In this document: positions 54,364 to 63,935 of the stretch, piece by piece
Layout: the number at the start of each line of letters is the position of its first letter
Numbering within the stretch: the first letter of the stretch is position 1
Virus record (IMG/VR): IMGVR_UViG_3300004280_000281
Location: 3,197-67,196 of that record
Reading direction: 5' to 3' (one strand)
Source: a virus
Length of the DNA stretch: 64,000 nt
Position numbers and translations under genes: made by a program
The notes under the pieces: generated by a model
The model's database searches: none
What the model saw: only the letters and a program-made list of their open reading frames with translations
What the model was told of the DNA's origin: nothing

Positions 54364-54934
54364 GTCTTTCTTGGATACGGAATCGTATCGCAGGTATTAT
54401 GTTGTTCCTAACTCTCGAATATGGTATCTCAAGAATCTCTGACACTTTGCTTATGTTGTGGCCCTTGGACAGGAGTAATGCAACGTCCAGCTGGTCACCC
54501 TCAAGCTTCTCGTGTATTGTCTCGTAAAAATCTATGTCTTCAAAACATCTATCGACTCTTTGGCCCTTGTTGTTTATAACACTGTCTGCTCTTGCTTTCG
54601 CAATAAGCATCTCCTGCATCTTAGAGATCTCTTCATAAGTCTTAGCTCTAACAGAGCCGGAGGTTGACGGCGCTACTAGCTTGGTTGTCCCCGCATGCAT
54701 CTTCAGCTGTCCAGCAGACACCTGATAGGCAACCTTGGAGAAGTACTGCCTAAACTGGTGCTTATGCTCTATTCTAGATACGTCAAGGTGTTTTTCGAGC
54801 CTCATAAAGATCTCACTTAAAAGATCGTCACGATGGACAAAACGAGATACCCTCTTGTAAGCCTTGTTAAGGATATCCTCATTCTCTGATATCATCTCAA
54901 GGATCTTCTCACCCTTACTTAGTGAATCTTTCAA
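54353..54934 (-). CDS. Sigma-factor-like / HTH transcription regulator
   Basis: DDLLSEIFMRL (region 2-like), FRQYF, C-terminal GHNISKVSEILEIPYSRVRN HTH (region 4-like). Confidence 0.55.
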   Translation of the reverse strand: MKDSLSKGEKILEMISENEDILNKAYKRVSRFVHRDDLLSEIFMRLEKHLDVSRIEHKHQFRQYFSKVAYQVSAGQLKMHAGTTKLVAPSTSGSVRAKTYEEISKMQEMLIAKARADSVINNKGQRVDRCFEDIDFYETIHEKLEGDQLDVALLLSKGHNISKVSEILEIPYSRVRNNIIPAIRFRIQERHGE

Positions 54935-55337
54935 CGCTTATTCCCATCTCTTCTAGCAATACTTTAGAAAATTTCCAACTATCCTCGACACTTGCCGAAG
55001 ATCTGTCCTTATAAACGACCCTGCTTACTCCGGTCTGGAGCAGCATCTTTGTGCACTCTGTGCAGGGGAACATTGTTGTGTACACTGTCCACCCTGATAT
55101 GTCTGTCTTAGCATTTATTACTGCATTAAGTTCTGCATGAACCACGTAACTGCTCTTGTTATCCCATCGGGATTGATTCTCGCTCATTCCAGTAGGGAAT
55201 CCGTTGTATCCTATTGCGACATGATTCTTTTCCTCTGATACTATTATCACTCCAACTTTCGTTGTCATGTCCTTTGACCGCATGGACACAGTTTCTGCCA
55301 TGGTCATAAAACATTCGTCCCAGGAAATAGTCTTCAT
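54915..55337 (-). CDS. dCMP deaminase
   Basis: SWDECFM, RSKD, GYNG, HAELNA, PCTEC. Confidence 0.93.
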   Translation of the reverse strand: MKTISWDECFMTMAETVSMRSKDMTTKVGVIIVSEEKNHVAIGYNGFPTGMSENQSRWDNKSSYVVHAELNAVINAKTDISGWTVYTTMFPCTECTKMLLQTGVSRVVYKDRSSASVEDSWKFSKVLLEEMGISVERFTK

Positions 55338-56011
55338 TAGTCTTTCCACTCTGGCCAGTCTAGACTTGACATATCAGGCTCAGGTGGCAACAGGATGTTT
55401 CCTGTGATTATATCATTTAGGATTGCCATACTGAACTCCTCCAGATTGTTGGAGTCGTCTGTCGCAAACTGCACAAGATCCTCTACTAGGACATTCTCTA
55501 GGTCTGTACCATTGCACTTAGACTGTATGCTAACATACGAACTTGGCTCGATGCTTAGTGTTATTGGAATGATAGCTGTCATAGCATCATTGTCTAGCTC
55601 GTATACTGGCCCTGGTCCATACAATAGACTAAAGCAAGACTCGATCTTCACCCCTTTTGCCATTCCGTCCCAAGTTATCTTTCGTCCGTTGGTATTGATT
55701 GTCTTGTTTATGACTTGATTTAGCATTCTTTTCTTAAAGTCTGCCACACTGGGCTTGCTAACTCCGAATAGGGTAGTCATTGTGTATGTAAAGGGCAGAT
55801 GCATTCTTGTAACGTTTTCTGGTATCGCATTTACAATTACTGATAGACCGTTTGATACTATCACTGCAAATATGACAGGCTGAAACCCTTCTTTCTCCCA
55901 GGTTCCGGACTCTACTACGTCTAGCCCTCCAATGACTTCTGACATGGATAGACCCTCTAGGTCAAAGGTTTTGCGAAGACCAAGTGTCCAGGTCGTTTTT
56001 CCGTTGCTCAT
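55337..56011 (-). CDS. Hypothetical protein
   Basis: 224 aa, coupled by TAATG. Confidence 0.6.
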   Translation of the reverse strand: MSNGKTTWTLGLRKTFDLEGLSMSEVIGGLDVVESGTWEKEGFQPVIFAVIVSNGLSVIVNAIPENVTRMHLPFTYTMTTLFGVSKPSVADFKKRMLNQVINKTINTNGRKITWDGMAKGVKIESCFSLLYGPGPVYELDNDAMTAIIPITLSIEPSSYVSIQSKCNGTDLENVLVEDLVQFATDDSNNLEEFSMAILNDIITGNILLPPEPDMSSLDWPEWKD

Positions 56012-56035
56012 TTTAAACTCTCCGACCTAACTTTA

Positions 56036-56440
56036 TTATGACTGGTTGGACTTCTGGTCTCCCACGGACTCTTCTTTTTCGGTAGACAGCCCTAGATCTT
56101 CCGGGGAGAATTTGGCATCCTCGGTAGTATCTGGCTCACTGGTGACTAGGCCCAGATCCTCTGGCGTAAGGGATGGCTCTGGACTTGCTTCCTTAGGCTC
56201 GACTTCCTCGACGACGTTCTCCTCAGTAACGACAGGAGCTGCCACTTCTTCGAGAGCCTCAATCACTGTCTCTACCAGCTCTTCCTCAAGTCCGTCAGTC
56301 TCAAGTCCGTCAGACACGATGTCCTTTAAAACCTTAAGGTCACGCTTTACATTACGCATACACTCTTCGATCTCTTTGCGCTGTTCCAATATGTCGTTCT
56401 GTTCTTTCTCAAACATTCCGCTGTCTTGTTTGCTAGTCAT
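56036..56440 (-). CDS. Acidic coiled-coil protein with duplicated PEDLGL motif
   Basis: SLTPEDLGLV / KFSPEDLGLS; ATG 56440 with GAGGA RBS. Confidence 0.6.
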   Translation of the reverse strand: MTSKQDSGMFEKEQNDILEQRKEIEECMRNVKRDLKVLKDIVSDGLETDGLEEELVETVIEALEEVAAPVVTEENVVEEVEPKEASPEPSLTPEDLGLVTSEPDTTEDAKFSPEDLGLSTEKEESVGDQKSNQS

Positions 56441-56441
56441 A

Positions 56442-57086
56442 TTAATCCTCACATGTTCCAAGTTGGTCGCCGTGACGAATGTGTGCCCTTACTGCATGTC
56501 GATTAACATGTAGCGTTCTTCCATTGTGACAGATGAAGACCTTGTGACCATAGTCATCGTAGCAGTCGTCGTCACAGTCATCCTCGTCGTCACAGTCGTC
56601 CTCGTGGCAGTCGTCGTCACAATCATCGTCGCAGTCGTCGTCATGATCTTCGCACTCTTCGTGATCTGGCTCGCAATCGTCAATGGTGCCATTGTCGTTT
56701 GAGTCTATTTCACATAGATCGTCTACGCCATTCTCATTGCAGTCTTCTCCTAAAGTTAAGTCGATGTCGCACTCATTGTCGATTCCATCACCGTCAATAT
56801 CGTCGTCACAGTCATCGATAATGTCGTCCAGGTCTAGATCATCTTCACAAAGGTCATCAATGCCGTTCTCATTGCAGTCTTCTCCAAGGGTGATGTCAAT
56901 ATCACACACGTTCTCAATGCCAATGGGGGCTGTCCCATCGGGGCCACCGATGTCGTCAGCAGTGATTAGTCCTGCCTGTGGATGGACAGAACCGGGCTTA
57001 CAGCCAACGGCTAGCAGCAACGTCACTACCGAAAGGAATCCTAGGCCAAACGCTATTACTTTTCTGTAAGGGCTACACTTTGTCAT
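56442..57086 (-). CDS. Lipoprotein with Asp/Cys-rich Ca-binding-like repeats
   Basis: Lipobox LAVGC; two copies of CDID.TLGEDCNENG.DDLCE; DDDC repeats; C-terminal KVFICH...AHIRHGDQLGTC. Confidence 0.75.
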   Translation of the reverse strand: MTKCSPYRKVIAFGLGFLSVVTLLLAVGCKPGSVHPQAGLITADDIGGPDGTAPIGIENVCDIDITLGEDCNENGIDDLCEDDLDLDDIIDDCDDDIDGDGIDNECDIDLTLGEDCNENGVDDLCEIDSNDNGTIDDCEPDHEECEDHDDDCDDDCDDDCHEDDCDDEDDCDDDCYDDYGHKVFICHNGRTLHVNRHAVRAHIRHGDQLGTCED

Positions 57087-57348
57087 CTTCAGCTTCTTTC
57101 TTATCCACGCATAGGTGGCAAATTTCGGAGCCCTCTTCTAAGGCCATCCACATGTCTAAAAATTTTAAACAGATTGAACACTTGAATACCGCTAAAAAGG
57201 GGTCCTTGTCGTACTCATCGGCTTGTTGGTCTAGGCGTGACTTTCTCATGTCACGACCCCTTCGACCCTCTTCCCAGTCTCTTCCGCTGGTTACACTGTT
57301 CTTACTCATAGTATGGCATGCCTTTCTCATTGCAGCAATTCTTACCAT
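57073..57348 (-). CDS. Small Zn-finger-like protein (start uncertain)
   Basis: CSIC...CHLC. Confidence 0.5.
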   Translation of the reverse strand: MVRIAAMRKACHTMSKNSVTSGRDWEEGRRGRDMRKSRLDQQADEYDKDPFLAVFKCSICLKFLDMWMALEEGSEICHLCVDKKEAEDDKV

Positions 57349-57405
57349 CTACTAGCATGTTTAGTACACTATTATCATGGTATTTCAAGGATTTATCATA
57401 AATTC

Positions 57406-58368
57406 CTAGTAATCCATTGATTCTCCCAGTCTTATCGTTGATGCCACCCTGCTCAGCAAGACATTCTTTACAATCGCATTGCACTGGCTGTCGGTTAGTT
57501 CGTGATATGCTGTATTCTTACCTATGTCCAGCCCTCCAGAGATGTGAGACACGTTCATTAGGTCTTTGATATTATAAGATTCCTCTTCATAACCCCTGTT
57601 TTTTGACATAAACTCTACAGTTAAGTCTAGCAATTTAGCAGTAAGCTGCTCAACAGCCCCGTCGAACGATACTCCGTATCCCCCAAGCTCGTTGCCGAGT
57701 CTTGAGCATCTGGTTATCATCAGTCCAGTTCTCCGTATCACATCTGAAGCATCCTCCATTGTGCAGTCCTCTTTAAATTTCATCTCATCAAGCAGATCCC
57801 AGTTTAGATTCGCATTGATTCCCTCGATCCTTAGACCGTTTGAGATGTCTTCTATTTTTGGCCTATGCTTGTAGTCTCTAAGGCTATAGTCTGTCGACAT
57901 TAGAGAATGCAGTTCGCAATCTCTTCCGAAGATAACGTTTCCAGTTTTTAGGTCGTATGCCACCTTGTTCACTCCGTAGTCGAAGCTCTCCATCACTTCA
58001 GTTATTCTTCCATGGCTTGTGTTGACTAACTGTATTGGAGCCTTCAGTAGGTTTTCTGGGAATGCGCCTGTTTCCCTTAATGACATCTTGGGGTTGAAGT
58101 GTGTTGAATTGCCTGCTGCGAATGTTTCAGTTTCGCAGTTGTAGTCAACAAGTGAAGTCTGTAATGATTGAACTATCTCTTTAACCTGATCCATATCTCC
58201 TTTGACGAAGATATCGATATCGCTAAATGGCGCCCCTAGGATCGCATCCCTAACGAAGCCTCCGGCGACATAGCAGTTCTCTTCAAGAAGATTCCAGGAG
58301 CTCCCTGACACTTCTTTCAGAAAGGAACGCAGCTCTGATAAACGATTTTGGATTGATTCTAGCCTCAT
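57406..58368 (-). CDS. tRNA nucleotidyltransferase/poly(A) polymerase head-domain protein
   Basis: YVAGGFVRD...DIDIF, IQLV, FDYGVNKVAYD. Confidence 0.8.
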   Translation of the reverse strand: MRLESIQNRLSELRSFLKEVSGSSWNLLEENCYVAGGFVRDAILGAPFSDIDIFVKGDMDQVKEIVQSLQTSLVDYNCETETFAAGNSTHFNPKMSLRETGAFPENLLKAPIQLVNTSHGRITEVMESFDYGVNKVAYDLKTGNVIFGRDCELHSLMSTDYSLRDYKHRPKIEDISNGLRIEGINANLNWDLLDEMKFKEDCTMEDASDVIRRTGLMITRCSRLGNELGGYGVSFDGAVEQLTAKLLDLTVEFMSKNRGYEEESYNIKDLMNVSHISGGLDIGKNTAYHELTDSQCNAIVKNVLLSRVASTIRLGESMDY

Positions 58369-59578
58369 GATAAGCCTCACTATTCATTACTTTTTTAAGA
58401 TCGTCTACCAAGTTTGCAACACCACCTGGGATATTCCACCCTGAAATATTGTTTGATGATCCTTTGCCACTTGAGAATATTCCATAGCCGGTTGCCATTA
58501 TGATGCCGGACGACAGCTCTCCATCGTTTACAAGTGGAAGTGGTTGATACCCTTCATCTGGCGCAAGTCCTGCCTCTATTGCTTTATCACAATTGTTTAT
58601 TATGCTCTTACTTCCTGACCACCTCCACTGGTCCTTTTGACCAACGCTAATCCCGAAGTCATGAATATCTCCAGTGTTATAGTCCAGTGTCATGGTTCCA
58701 CGGCTCGCAGGATGGGTCTTTGCTCCCCCTGGCGGGTAAATGTCCCACTCAACCAGGGCAATGCTGCTGCCATCTATCGTTCTTATGGTGGATGGGCGTC
58801 CAAAGGAGTCGGAGAACAGCCCCCAAAGTCCCGTGTCTAGACTGTATGTTGAGGAGTCGAACTTGCTTTCTTTTGAAGATATTGAAACCACTCCCCCTGC
58901 CTCTCCAATGAATGAGGATAAGTTGTATCCCTCTTCGCATATGTCTAATATTCTAGTAGGGGACTTTCTATTCCTTAGGAAGGAAGTCTTTAGAACTGGC
59001 TCACCTTTAGCTTTCGATGACACCGTGAGATGAGACGTAAGTTTTCCATAGGTCTCACCGTAGCCCTCGCTGTATGTTACAGGACTGATCTCACTTTTGA
59101 GCCCCTCGAAAACCGGATCTTTCCCCCATGGTGCCGCAAGTCTCCCCCACATTATATGCTTGTAGTCATGCACAGCGTCCCTCAGCGTATCATCGCCGTG
59201 AGATGTCATGTCAAGGTTCGACGCTATTACTTGTTCGCAACCTAGCCTATGGGAGCTGGTGGGTATGATGCGATGAGAAAGGCTCTTCTCCCCCTTGTTG
59301 AATACGTTACTGGTGCAACCTCTAACAGCCTGTATCGGACCAAGGTCAAGGACCTTTGGGATCCAGGTGTGGCCTCCTCGGGACTTTATTTCACCAACCT
59401 CGCCCATCGATTCAAGAAGCAGCTTCCACTTCCTACTGACGAAGCCAAGCTCTTTGTTGAAATCATGTGGTGTTGGTGGCACTATATTGTCAGTCCTGTG
59501 GTCGTCTTCGGAGCCTGACACATACGTTCCTTGGAGTTTCATTGGATCAGTCACTTGCTTGAACTCCTTTTGAGCCAC
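58283..59578 (-). CDS. Hypothetical protein
   Basis: 431 aa ORF overlapping both neighbours; no motif recognised. Confidence 0.6.
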   Translation of the reverse strand: MAQKEFKQVTDPMKLQGTYVSGSEDDHRTDNIVPPTPHDFNKELGFVSRKWKLLLESMGEVGEIKSRGGHTWIPKVLDLGPIQAVRGCTSNVFNKGEKSLSHRIIPTSSHRLGCEQVIASNLDMTSHGDDTLRDAVHDYKHIMWGRLAAPWGKDPVFEGLKSEISPVTYSEGYGETYGKLTSHLTVSSKAKGEPVLKTSFLRNRKSPTRILDICEEGYNLSSFIGEAGGVVSISSKESKFDSSTYSLDTGLWGLFSDSFGRPSTIRTIDGSSIALVEWDIYPPGGAKTHPASRGTMTLDYNTGDIHDFGISVGQKDQWRWSGSKSIINNCDKAIEAGLAPDEGYQPLPLVNDGELSSGIIMATGYGIFSSGKGSSNNISGWNIPGGVANLVDDLKKVMNSEAYHEARINPKSFIRAAFLSERSVRELLESS

Positions 59579-60644
59579 AGTCCTGCAGTTTCTGTATTAC
59601 TGCCTTGGTGGAAACGTAGCATGATATAATCATACTCTTGTCTCTTTCTTTACTATCCTGCCCGGATCTTCCGATTCTTGACATGAAGCCCATGAAGACG
59701 TCCTCCTGTAGGTCCATTAGGAACGCTACTACGTTGGACTTCTCTTTGTCTGAGATTGTCTTAATCTCATATAGCTTGTCTAGCACGGAGTTTGACATTC
59801 TGTTAGCTGCATCTGGATCATCCATTGCAGATAGCACTGCTGGCCTAACCTCGTTGTAGGTCCGGAGAATTGACTCGGCTCCCACGCCTTGGCTCAATCC
59901 TTCTGAGTCGATATATGCCGTCACAGCACTTGCGGTGTTTCCAATCATGCCGTATAGGAACTCCCATCCGAAGCTAAGGTAGTCATCTTCTGACAGGTGC
60001 TTTAGAGCAATCCCAGACAGGTGCATAGACCTCGGATCCGGCTTCACATCTATCGGCATATCGCACTTTCCGAATGATACGATCTCTCTAGTTGCCTCAA
60101 TCATAGCCGGGTGAACATCGTCCCCGACATGAGAGGCCCAGTCTGAAAACGATGCATCCAGCGTGACATGGCACAACCTAGATAGCATGGCCCTGTCATC
60201 GATGTCTGTTACGTTGTACTCCTCGGTTCCCCCAGGGTTTGCTGCCGCAACGATGAATGTATTTGTTGGAACCTTGTGCGTTCCAAGGGTTCCATCGAGA
60301 AGGAATGGAAGCATCACATCTAGGACGTACTTGTTCGCCCTATTGAACTCATCTAGAAAGATAACGTACTTGCCTGGATCGTCCTCTTTGGGCATCCATT
60401 CGGGCCTGAGCCACTTAGTCGTACCGTTCTCTTCGTCTCTAGTCGGCAACCCTAGCAGATCCCCTGGATCTTGGGATGCGAGGTGAAGAACGACACACTC
60501 TGCCTGTATGGACCTAGCGAACCGCTCAACAGCCTGTGTCTTGCCGACTCCGGTTGATCCCCAAACGATGGGGGCGATCCTGTTTCCGTGTTCTGTCTCT
60601 GAGTTCAGAAACGATAGAAAGCTTTGAAATGTATTGTGCTTCAT
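59547..60644 (-). CDS. MoxR-like AAA+ ATPase
   Basis: GSTGVGKT, DLLGLP, FLDEFNRA, AAANP, DRAMLSR. Confidence 0.9.
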   Translation of the reverse strand: MKHNTFQSFLSFLNSETEHGNRIAPIVWGSTGVGKTQAVERFARSIQAECVVLHLASQDPGDLLGLPTRDEENGTTKWLRPEWMPKEDDPGKYVIFLDEFNRANKYVLDVMLPFLLDGTLGTHKVPTNTFIVAAANPGGTEEYNVTDIDDRAMLSRLCHVTLDASFSDWASHVGDDVHPAMIEATREIVSFGKCDMPIDVKPDPRSMHLSGIALKHLSEDDYLSFGWEFLYGMIGNTASAVTAYIDSEGLSQGVGAESILRTYNEVRPAVLSAMDDPDAANRMSNSVLDKLYEIKTISDKEKSNVVAFLMDLQEDVFMGFMSRIGRSGQDSKERDKSMIISCYVSTKAVIQKLQDCGSKGVQASD

Positions 60645-60669
60645 TTTTTTCCTATTCCTTATGAAATGA

Positions 60670-60699
60670 AATATATCACGTTATAACAGTTTTGTGCAA
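60670..60699 (-). promoter_or_regulatory. Sigma70-like promoter TTGCAC-N18-TATATT with extended -10 TG
   Basis: Intergenic upstream of the AAA gene; same architecture as 62441-62470. Confidence 0.55.
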
Positions 60700-61797
60700 T
60701 TAAAATTGTAAGCGAGTCTTGTGTCCATCGAATGAGAAGTTTTCACTCGAACCTGCGGTTAGCGCCCATAGTGTCTTTGTCTTCTTGCTAGGAACAGGCT
60801 CGGCGGCATATCCGTCCGTAAGTATAATCAGATTACGGTCTTGCGACTCTTGGCAAACCCTGTCGAACAAGGGCTGGAAGTCAGTGCCTCCACGTCCTTC
60901 GATGTCCATAGATCTGTCTCCTATCTTCTTCCACTTTATCTCCTGGTGTATTTCTGTATCAAAGATTAGTGCAATTATTTCAGCACAGTCAGACATCTTA
61001 TCTATTTCTCCAAGAAACTTTGAGATCTGCTCCTCAGTTATCGAGGCCGATGTGTCGATGGCCACGAATACCTTGGGCTTCTCTGGTCTCGTAATCCTGG
61101 CGGGTATCATCTCATCGCCGTTTGGGTACGTCCTACGTCTGTCAAACCTATTGCTCTTGTAGCTAACCTCTGGCTTAGATGGCTCAAACATTTTCCTGAT
61201 GTCAGATACCCACCTCTTGGTGGGTGGTCCCGCAAAGAGTGTCAGGAGGGCTCTTGCCGTTTGGTCTCCGGCTGATGCTGCAATACGAACCTTTCCCTCT
61301 GTGTCAGACTCTATCTTTCTAGAGATCGCTGAGTCTTCTTGAATCTCCCCCCACATTCCATGAGGGTCAAACTCCATGTCACACCAATGCTCTTCTTCTT
61401 CTTTTCCAACTAAGTCAAAGTAAACGTCCGATGATTTCTTGGGTGGAAATCCCAGCCTCAGCTTTATGCAGTTGTCTGGCAAGTTGGACAGAAATTGATT
61501 TATATTCATGTCGCATGCCACATTCCACCTCTTGGGATTGCGGTCACCAATGCGTGTCAGGTGACACTGTGCTACGTGCATGGCCTCGTGTCTGAGTACA
61601 TCTAGACACTCTTCTTTTGAGAGAGACTTTAGAAAGTCGTCATTGTAATAGAGGCAGATATTCCTCTTGCTGGGGCATAGGCCAACAGCCGCTGTGGGGA
61701 TCTGCTTGGTTGAGATCTGTCTTGCCGTGGAGAGTATCGAGCCTAGTAAGAAGTCTCCACTTCTGTATATCTCAGCTATCATTGACTTTATGTTCAT
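60700..61797 (-). CDS. DUF2201-like metallopeptidase + VWA domain protein
   Basis: IPTAAV, HEAMH, WNVACDMNIN; MIDAS DTSAS, GRGGTDF, LTDG. Confidence 0.9.
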   Translation of the reverse strand: MNIKSMIAEIYRSGDFLLGSILSTARQISTKQIPTAAVGLCPSKRNICLYYNDDFLKSLSKEECLDVLRHEAMHVAQCHLTRIGDRNPKRWNVACDMNINQFLSNLPDNCIKLRLGFPPKKSSDVYFDLVGKEEEEHWCDMEFDPHGMWGEIQEDSAISRKIESDTEGKVRIAASAGDQTARALLTLFAGPPTKRWVSDIRKMFEPSKPEVSYKSNRFDRRRTYPNGDEMIPARITRPEKPKVFVAIDTSASITEEQISKFLGEIDKMSDCAEIIALIFDTEIHQEIKWKKIGDRSMDIEGRGGTDFQPLFDRVCQESQDRNLIILTDGYAAEPVPSKKTKTLWALTAGSSENFSFDGHKTRLQF

Positions 61798-61801
61798 GAT
61801 A

Positions 61802-62383
61802 CTAGTCGGACTTTCTAACCGAGTCAACGAGACCGTATTCTAGGGCTTCGTCGGGACTCATGAAGAAGTCTTTCAAGCAGTCCTCGGCTACTTTGTCGAA
61901 CTCCTGTCCGGAGCGTTTTGCGAGGATGGTGTACAAAATATCCTTGAGACGGTTCATCTCTTCAAAGTTAGTCTGGATGTCTGCAGCGGTGCCCTGCACT
62001 CCGCCGGATGGTTGGTGAATCATCACTCGTGAGTTCTCAAGGGCAATTCGACAGCCAGGAGATCCGTTGGCCAGAATGACTGCTCCCATGGAGCAAGCCT
62101 GTCCGATTACAACTGTCTCGATCTTATTGGGGACCAAGTTCATGGCATCGATAATTGCAAGACCTGCTGTTACTGATCCTCCTGGACTATTGACATATAG
62201 AGAAATCTTAGCGTTCTTCTTTTCAGCAGCGATATGCATGATTTGAGCAACGATACTTGCCGCACTCTCATCATTTACTTGGCCATTCAAGAACACAAGG
62301 TTCTCGTTAAGTAGGCGACTGTAGATATCGAACTGACGCTCTGAACCGTCAATCTGCTTGGTAATAACGCTTGGAATAATCAC
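61802..62383 (-). CDS. clpP: ATP-dependent Clp protease proteolytic subunit
   Basis: DIYSRLL, NSPGGSV, ACSMG (Ser), MIHQP (His), DFFMSPDEALEYGLVD. Confidence 0.96.
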   Translation of the reverse strand: MIIPSVITKQIDGSERQFDIYSRLLNENLVFLNGQVNDESAASIVAQIMHIAAEKKNAKISLYVNSPGGSVTAGLAIIDAMNLVPNKIETVVIGQACSMGAVILANGSPGCRIALENSRVMIHQPSGGVQGTAADIQTNFEEMNRLKDILYTILAKRSGQEFDKVAEDCLKDFFMSPDEALEYGLVDSVRKSD

Positions 62384-62440
62384 TTAAACCCTCCTTCCTT
62401 GTTTGTGCCCAAATAATGGGCGAATGTTTCTAACTGTGTC

Positions 62441-62470
62441 AATATAGCACATAGTCTGTGCGCTCTGCAA
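62441..62470 (-). promoter_or_regulatory. Sigma70-like promoter TTGCAG-N18-TATATT with extended -10 TG
   Basis: Upstream of clpP (RBS AGGAGG); spacer contains the inverted repeat gcaca-gacta-tgtgc. Confidence 0.55.
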
Positions 62471-62471
62471 C

Positions 62472-62891
62472 TTAATTTAGTTTTCTTACTTCCCCATTGT
62501 CTCCCGAGTAGTAAACTGAATCTACACCCTTGATCTTTAGCATCTTGGCGCATTCGGAGCATGGCTTAGAGTTGGAGATCTCTCCATTTTTTAAGAGCCT
62601 CACTATGTAGATGGTGGACTCTGATAGACTATGCCTCTTGTCAACTTTCTTGACAGCATTGAATTCTGCGTGGGGGAACGGCCACTGGTAGTGGTCGCAT
62701 GCCTTGGGGTCGGTCTTTGTCATGCTATTGGATGCAGTTGATACACATCTTGATCCAACATACACGGCAGCTCCAACACGTTGCTTCCCATTTGAAAGAA
62801 GTGCGGAGCGAATAGCCTGTCTCATGCCTCTGGCGATCTTGCCCGACACTTTGATAACGTCTGATCCAGTGGTTTCATCTTTAATAGCCAT
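62472..62891 (-). CDS. Cytidine/dCMP deaminase-like zinc protein
   Basis: RVGAAV, HAEFNA, SKPCSEC. Confidence 0.85.
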   Translation of the reverse strand: MAIKDETTGSDVIKVSGKIARGMRQAIRSALLSNGKQRVGAAVYVGSRCVSTASNSMTKTDPKACDHYQWPFPHAEFNAVKKVDKRHSLSESTIYIVRLLKNGEISNSKPCSECAKMLKIKGVDSVYYSGDNGEVRKLN

Positions 62892-62896
62892 ATTTA

Positions 62897-63277
62897 TTAA
62901 TTACTGTCATTTCTACCATATTTCCAATTGTGAGACAAAAGAACACCCGTATATGGCTTTCTTTCAATGTCATCTTCTCTTAGATCTCCACCGACCCAAA
63001 CCTCGATAACTTCCACGGGAGAAGTCGTCATATTGTATGCTGCATGCCACGAACCTGTGCTTACTTCAAGAAAGTCTCCAGATTCCAAATCATAGTCTCC
63101 TCCCTCCAGGCAGAAGCCAAGGGTTCCCTTTACAACATTCCAGTTCTCACTACGTCCCCAGTGCCTTTGGTAGCTCATGCAACACCATGGGTCTATTCGA
63201 AGTCTCTTGACTTGAAAATTGTCTCCTTCTGATAGTATCTCGTAGGCTCCCCATGCGGTATCTGTAAACTCGTTCAT
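62897..63277 (-). CDS. Cupin, mannose-6-phosphate isomerase type II C-terminal-like
   Basis: WGAYEIL, VKRLRI, SYQRH..RSENW, IEVWVG..L.EDDIER. Confidence 0.85.
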   Translation of the reverse strand: MNEFTDTAWGAYEILSEGDNFQVKRLRIDPWCCMSYQRHWGRSENWNVVKGTLGFCLEGGDYDLESGDFLEVSTGSWHAAYNMTTSPVEVIEVWVGGDLREDDIERKPYTGVLLSHNWKYGRNDSN

Positions 63278-63528
63278 CGATTCCACCTCTTTGCTATTCC
63301 TGCCGAACCCTTTAAGAGTTCTCCCCCAAGCTTTGGAAAGCAAGTGGGCCACAGTCCGTGTATTATTAAGACGGGAACCGCAACCGCTGCAACTGCTGCT
63401 GCAACCAGTGCTACCCTCATGTGCCTAAAGTACGTTTCTCCAACGTCAAGTAGATGCTTATTATAATCCTGAGTAAACAGGTTAACTGCCAATATGAATA
63501 TTAAAAGTGTGATAAGTATTGTGGTCAT
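63274..63528 (-). CDS. Small membrane protein
   Basis: Two hydrophobic segments; coupled on both sides. Confidence 0.55.
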   Translation of the reverse strand: MTTILITLLIFILAVNLFTQDYNKHLLDVGETYFRHMRVALVAAAVAAVAVPVLIIHGLWPTCFPKLGGELLKGSAGIAKRWNR

Positions 63529-63917
63529 TATCTGATGTCGTCCAGGAGTTCGTCGTCGTCTCCGTCTTGTGGCATGTTAGTATTCTGTAGACGTACTATT
63601 TTCAAATCATCCCAGCTTATTAGTTGCTGGCCAAAGTTGGGCGAGTAAAGCCATATGGGCGGATTCTTTTGACGGAAGTGATGGAGCTGCATTTCATCAA
63701 GGTGTGCATCACGGAACTCATTTGGATTGATAAGGTCTAGCGTTCCAAGGTACTGCTCGGTCCCTTCTTGGGGTACGTACCACACGTCTGCTAAGGCTTC
63801 TTCTTTGATCGTGGAAGAGGTGTCTATTCCCAGCTCTTCGCACGTTTCTTCATGGCTGTCTGAGAAGCCCTTGGCAACTGAGTCAGCACTCTCGATCCAT
63901 TGTCTTTCATTCATCAT
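63528..63917 (-). CDS. Hypothetical protein
   Basis: Acidic ORF directly downstream of the tRNA. Confidence 0.55.
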   Translation of the reverse strand: MMNERQWIESADSVAKGFSDSHEETCEELGIDTSSTIKEEALADVWYVPQEGTEQYLGTLDLINPNEFRDAHLDEMQLHHFRQKNPPIWLYSPNFGQQLISWDDLKIVRLQNTNMPQDGDDDELLDDIR

Positions 63918-63935
63918 TCTGTCTTTCTTCAATGT

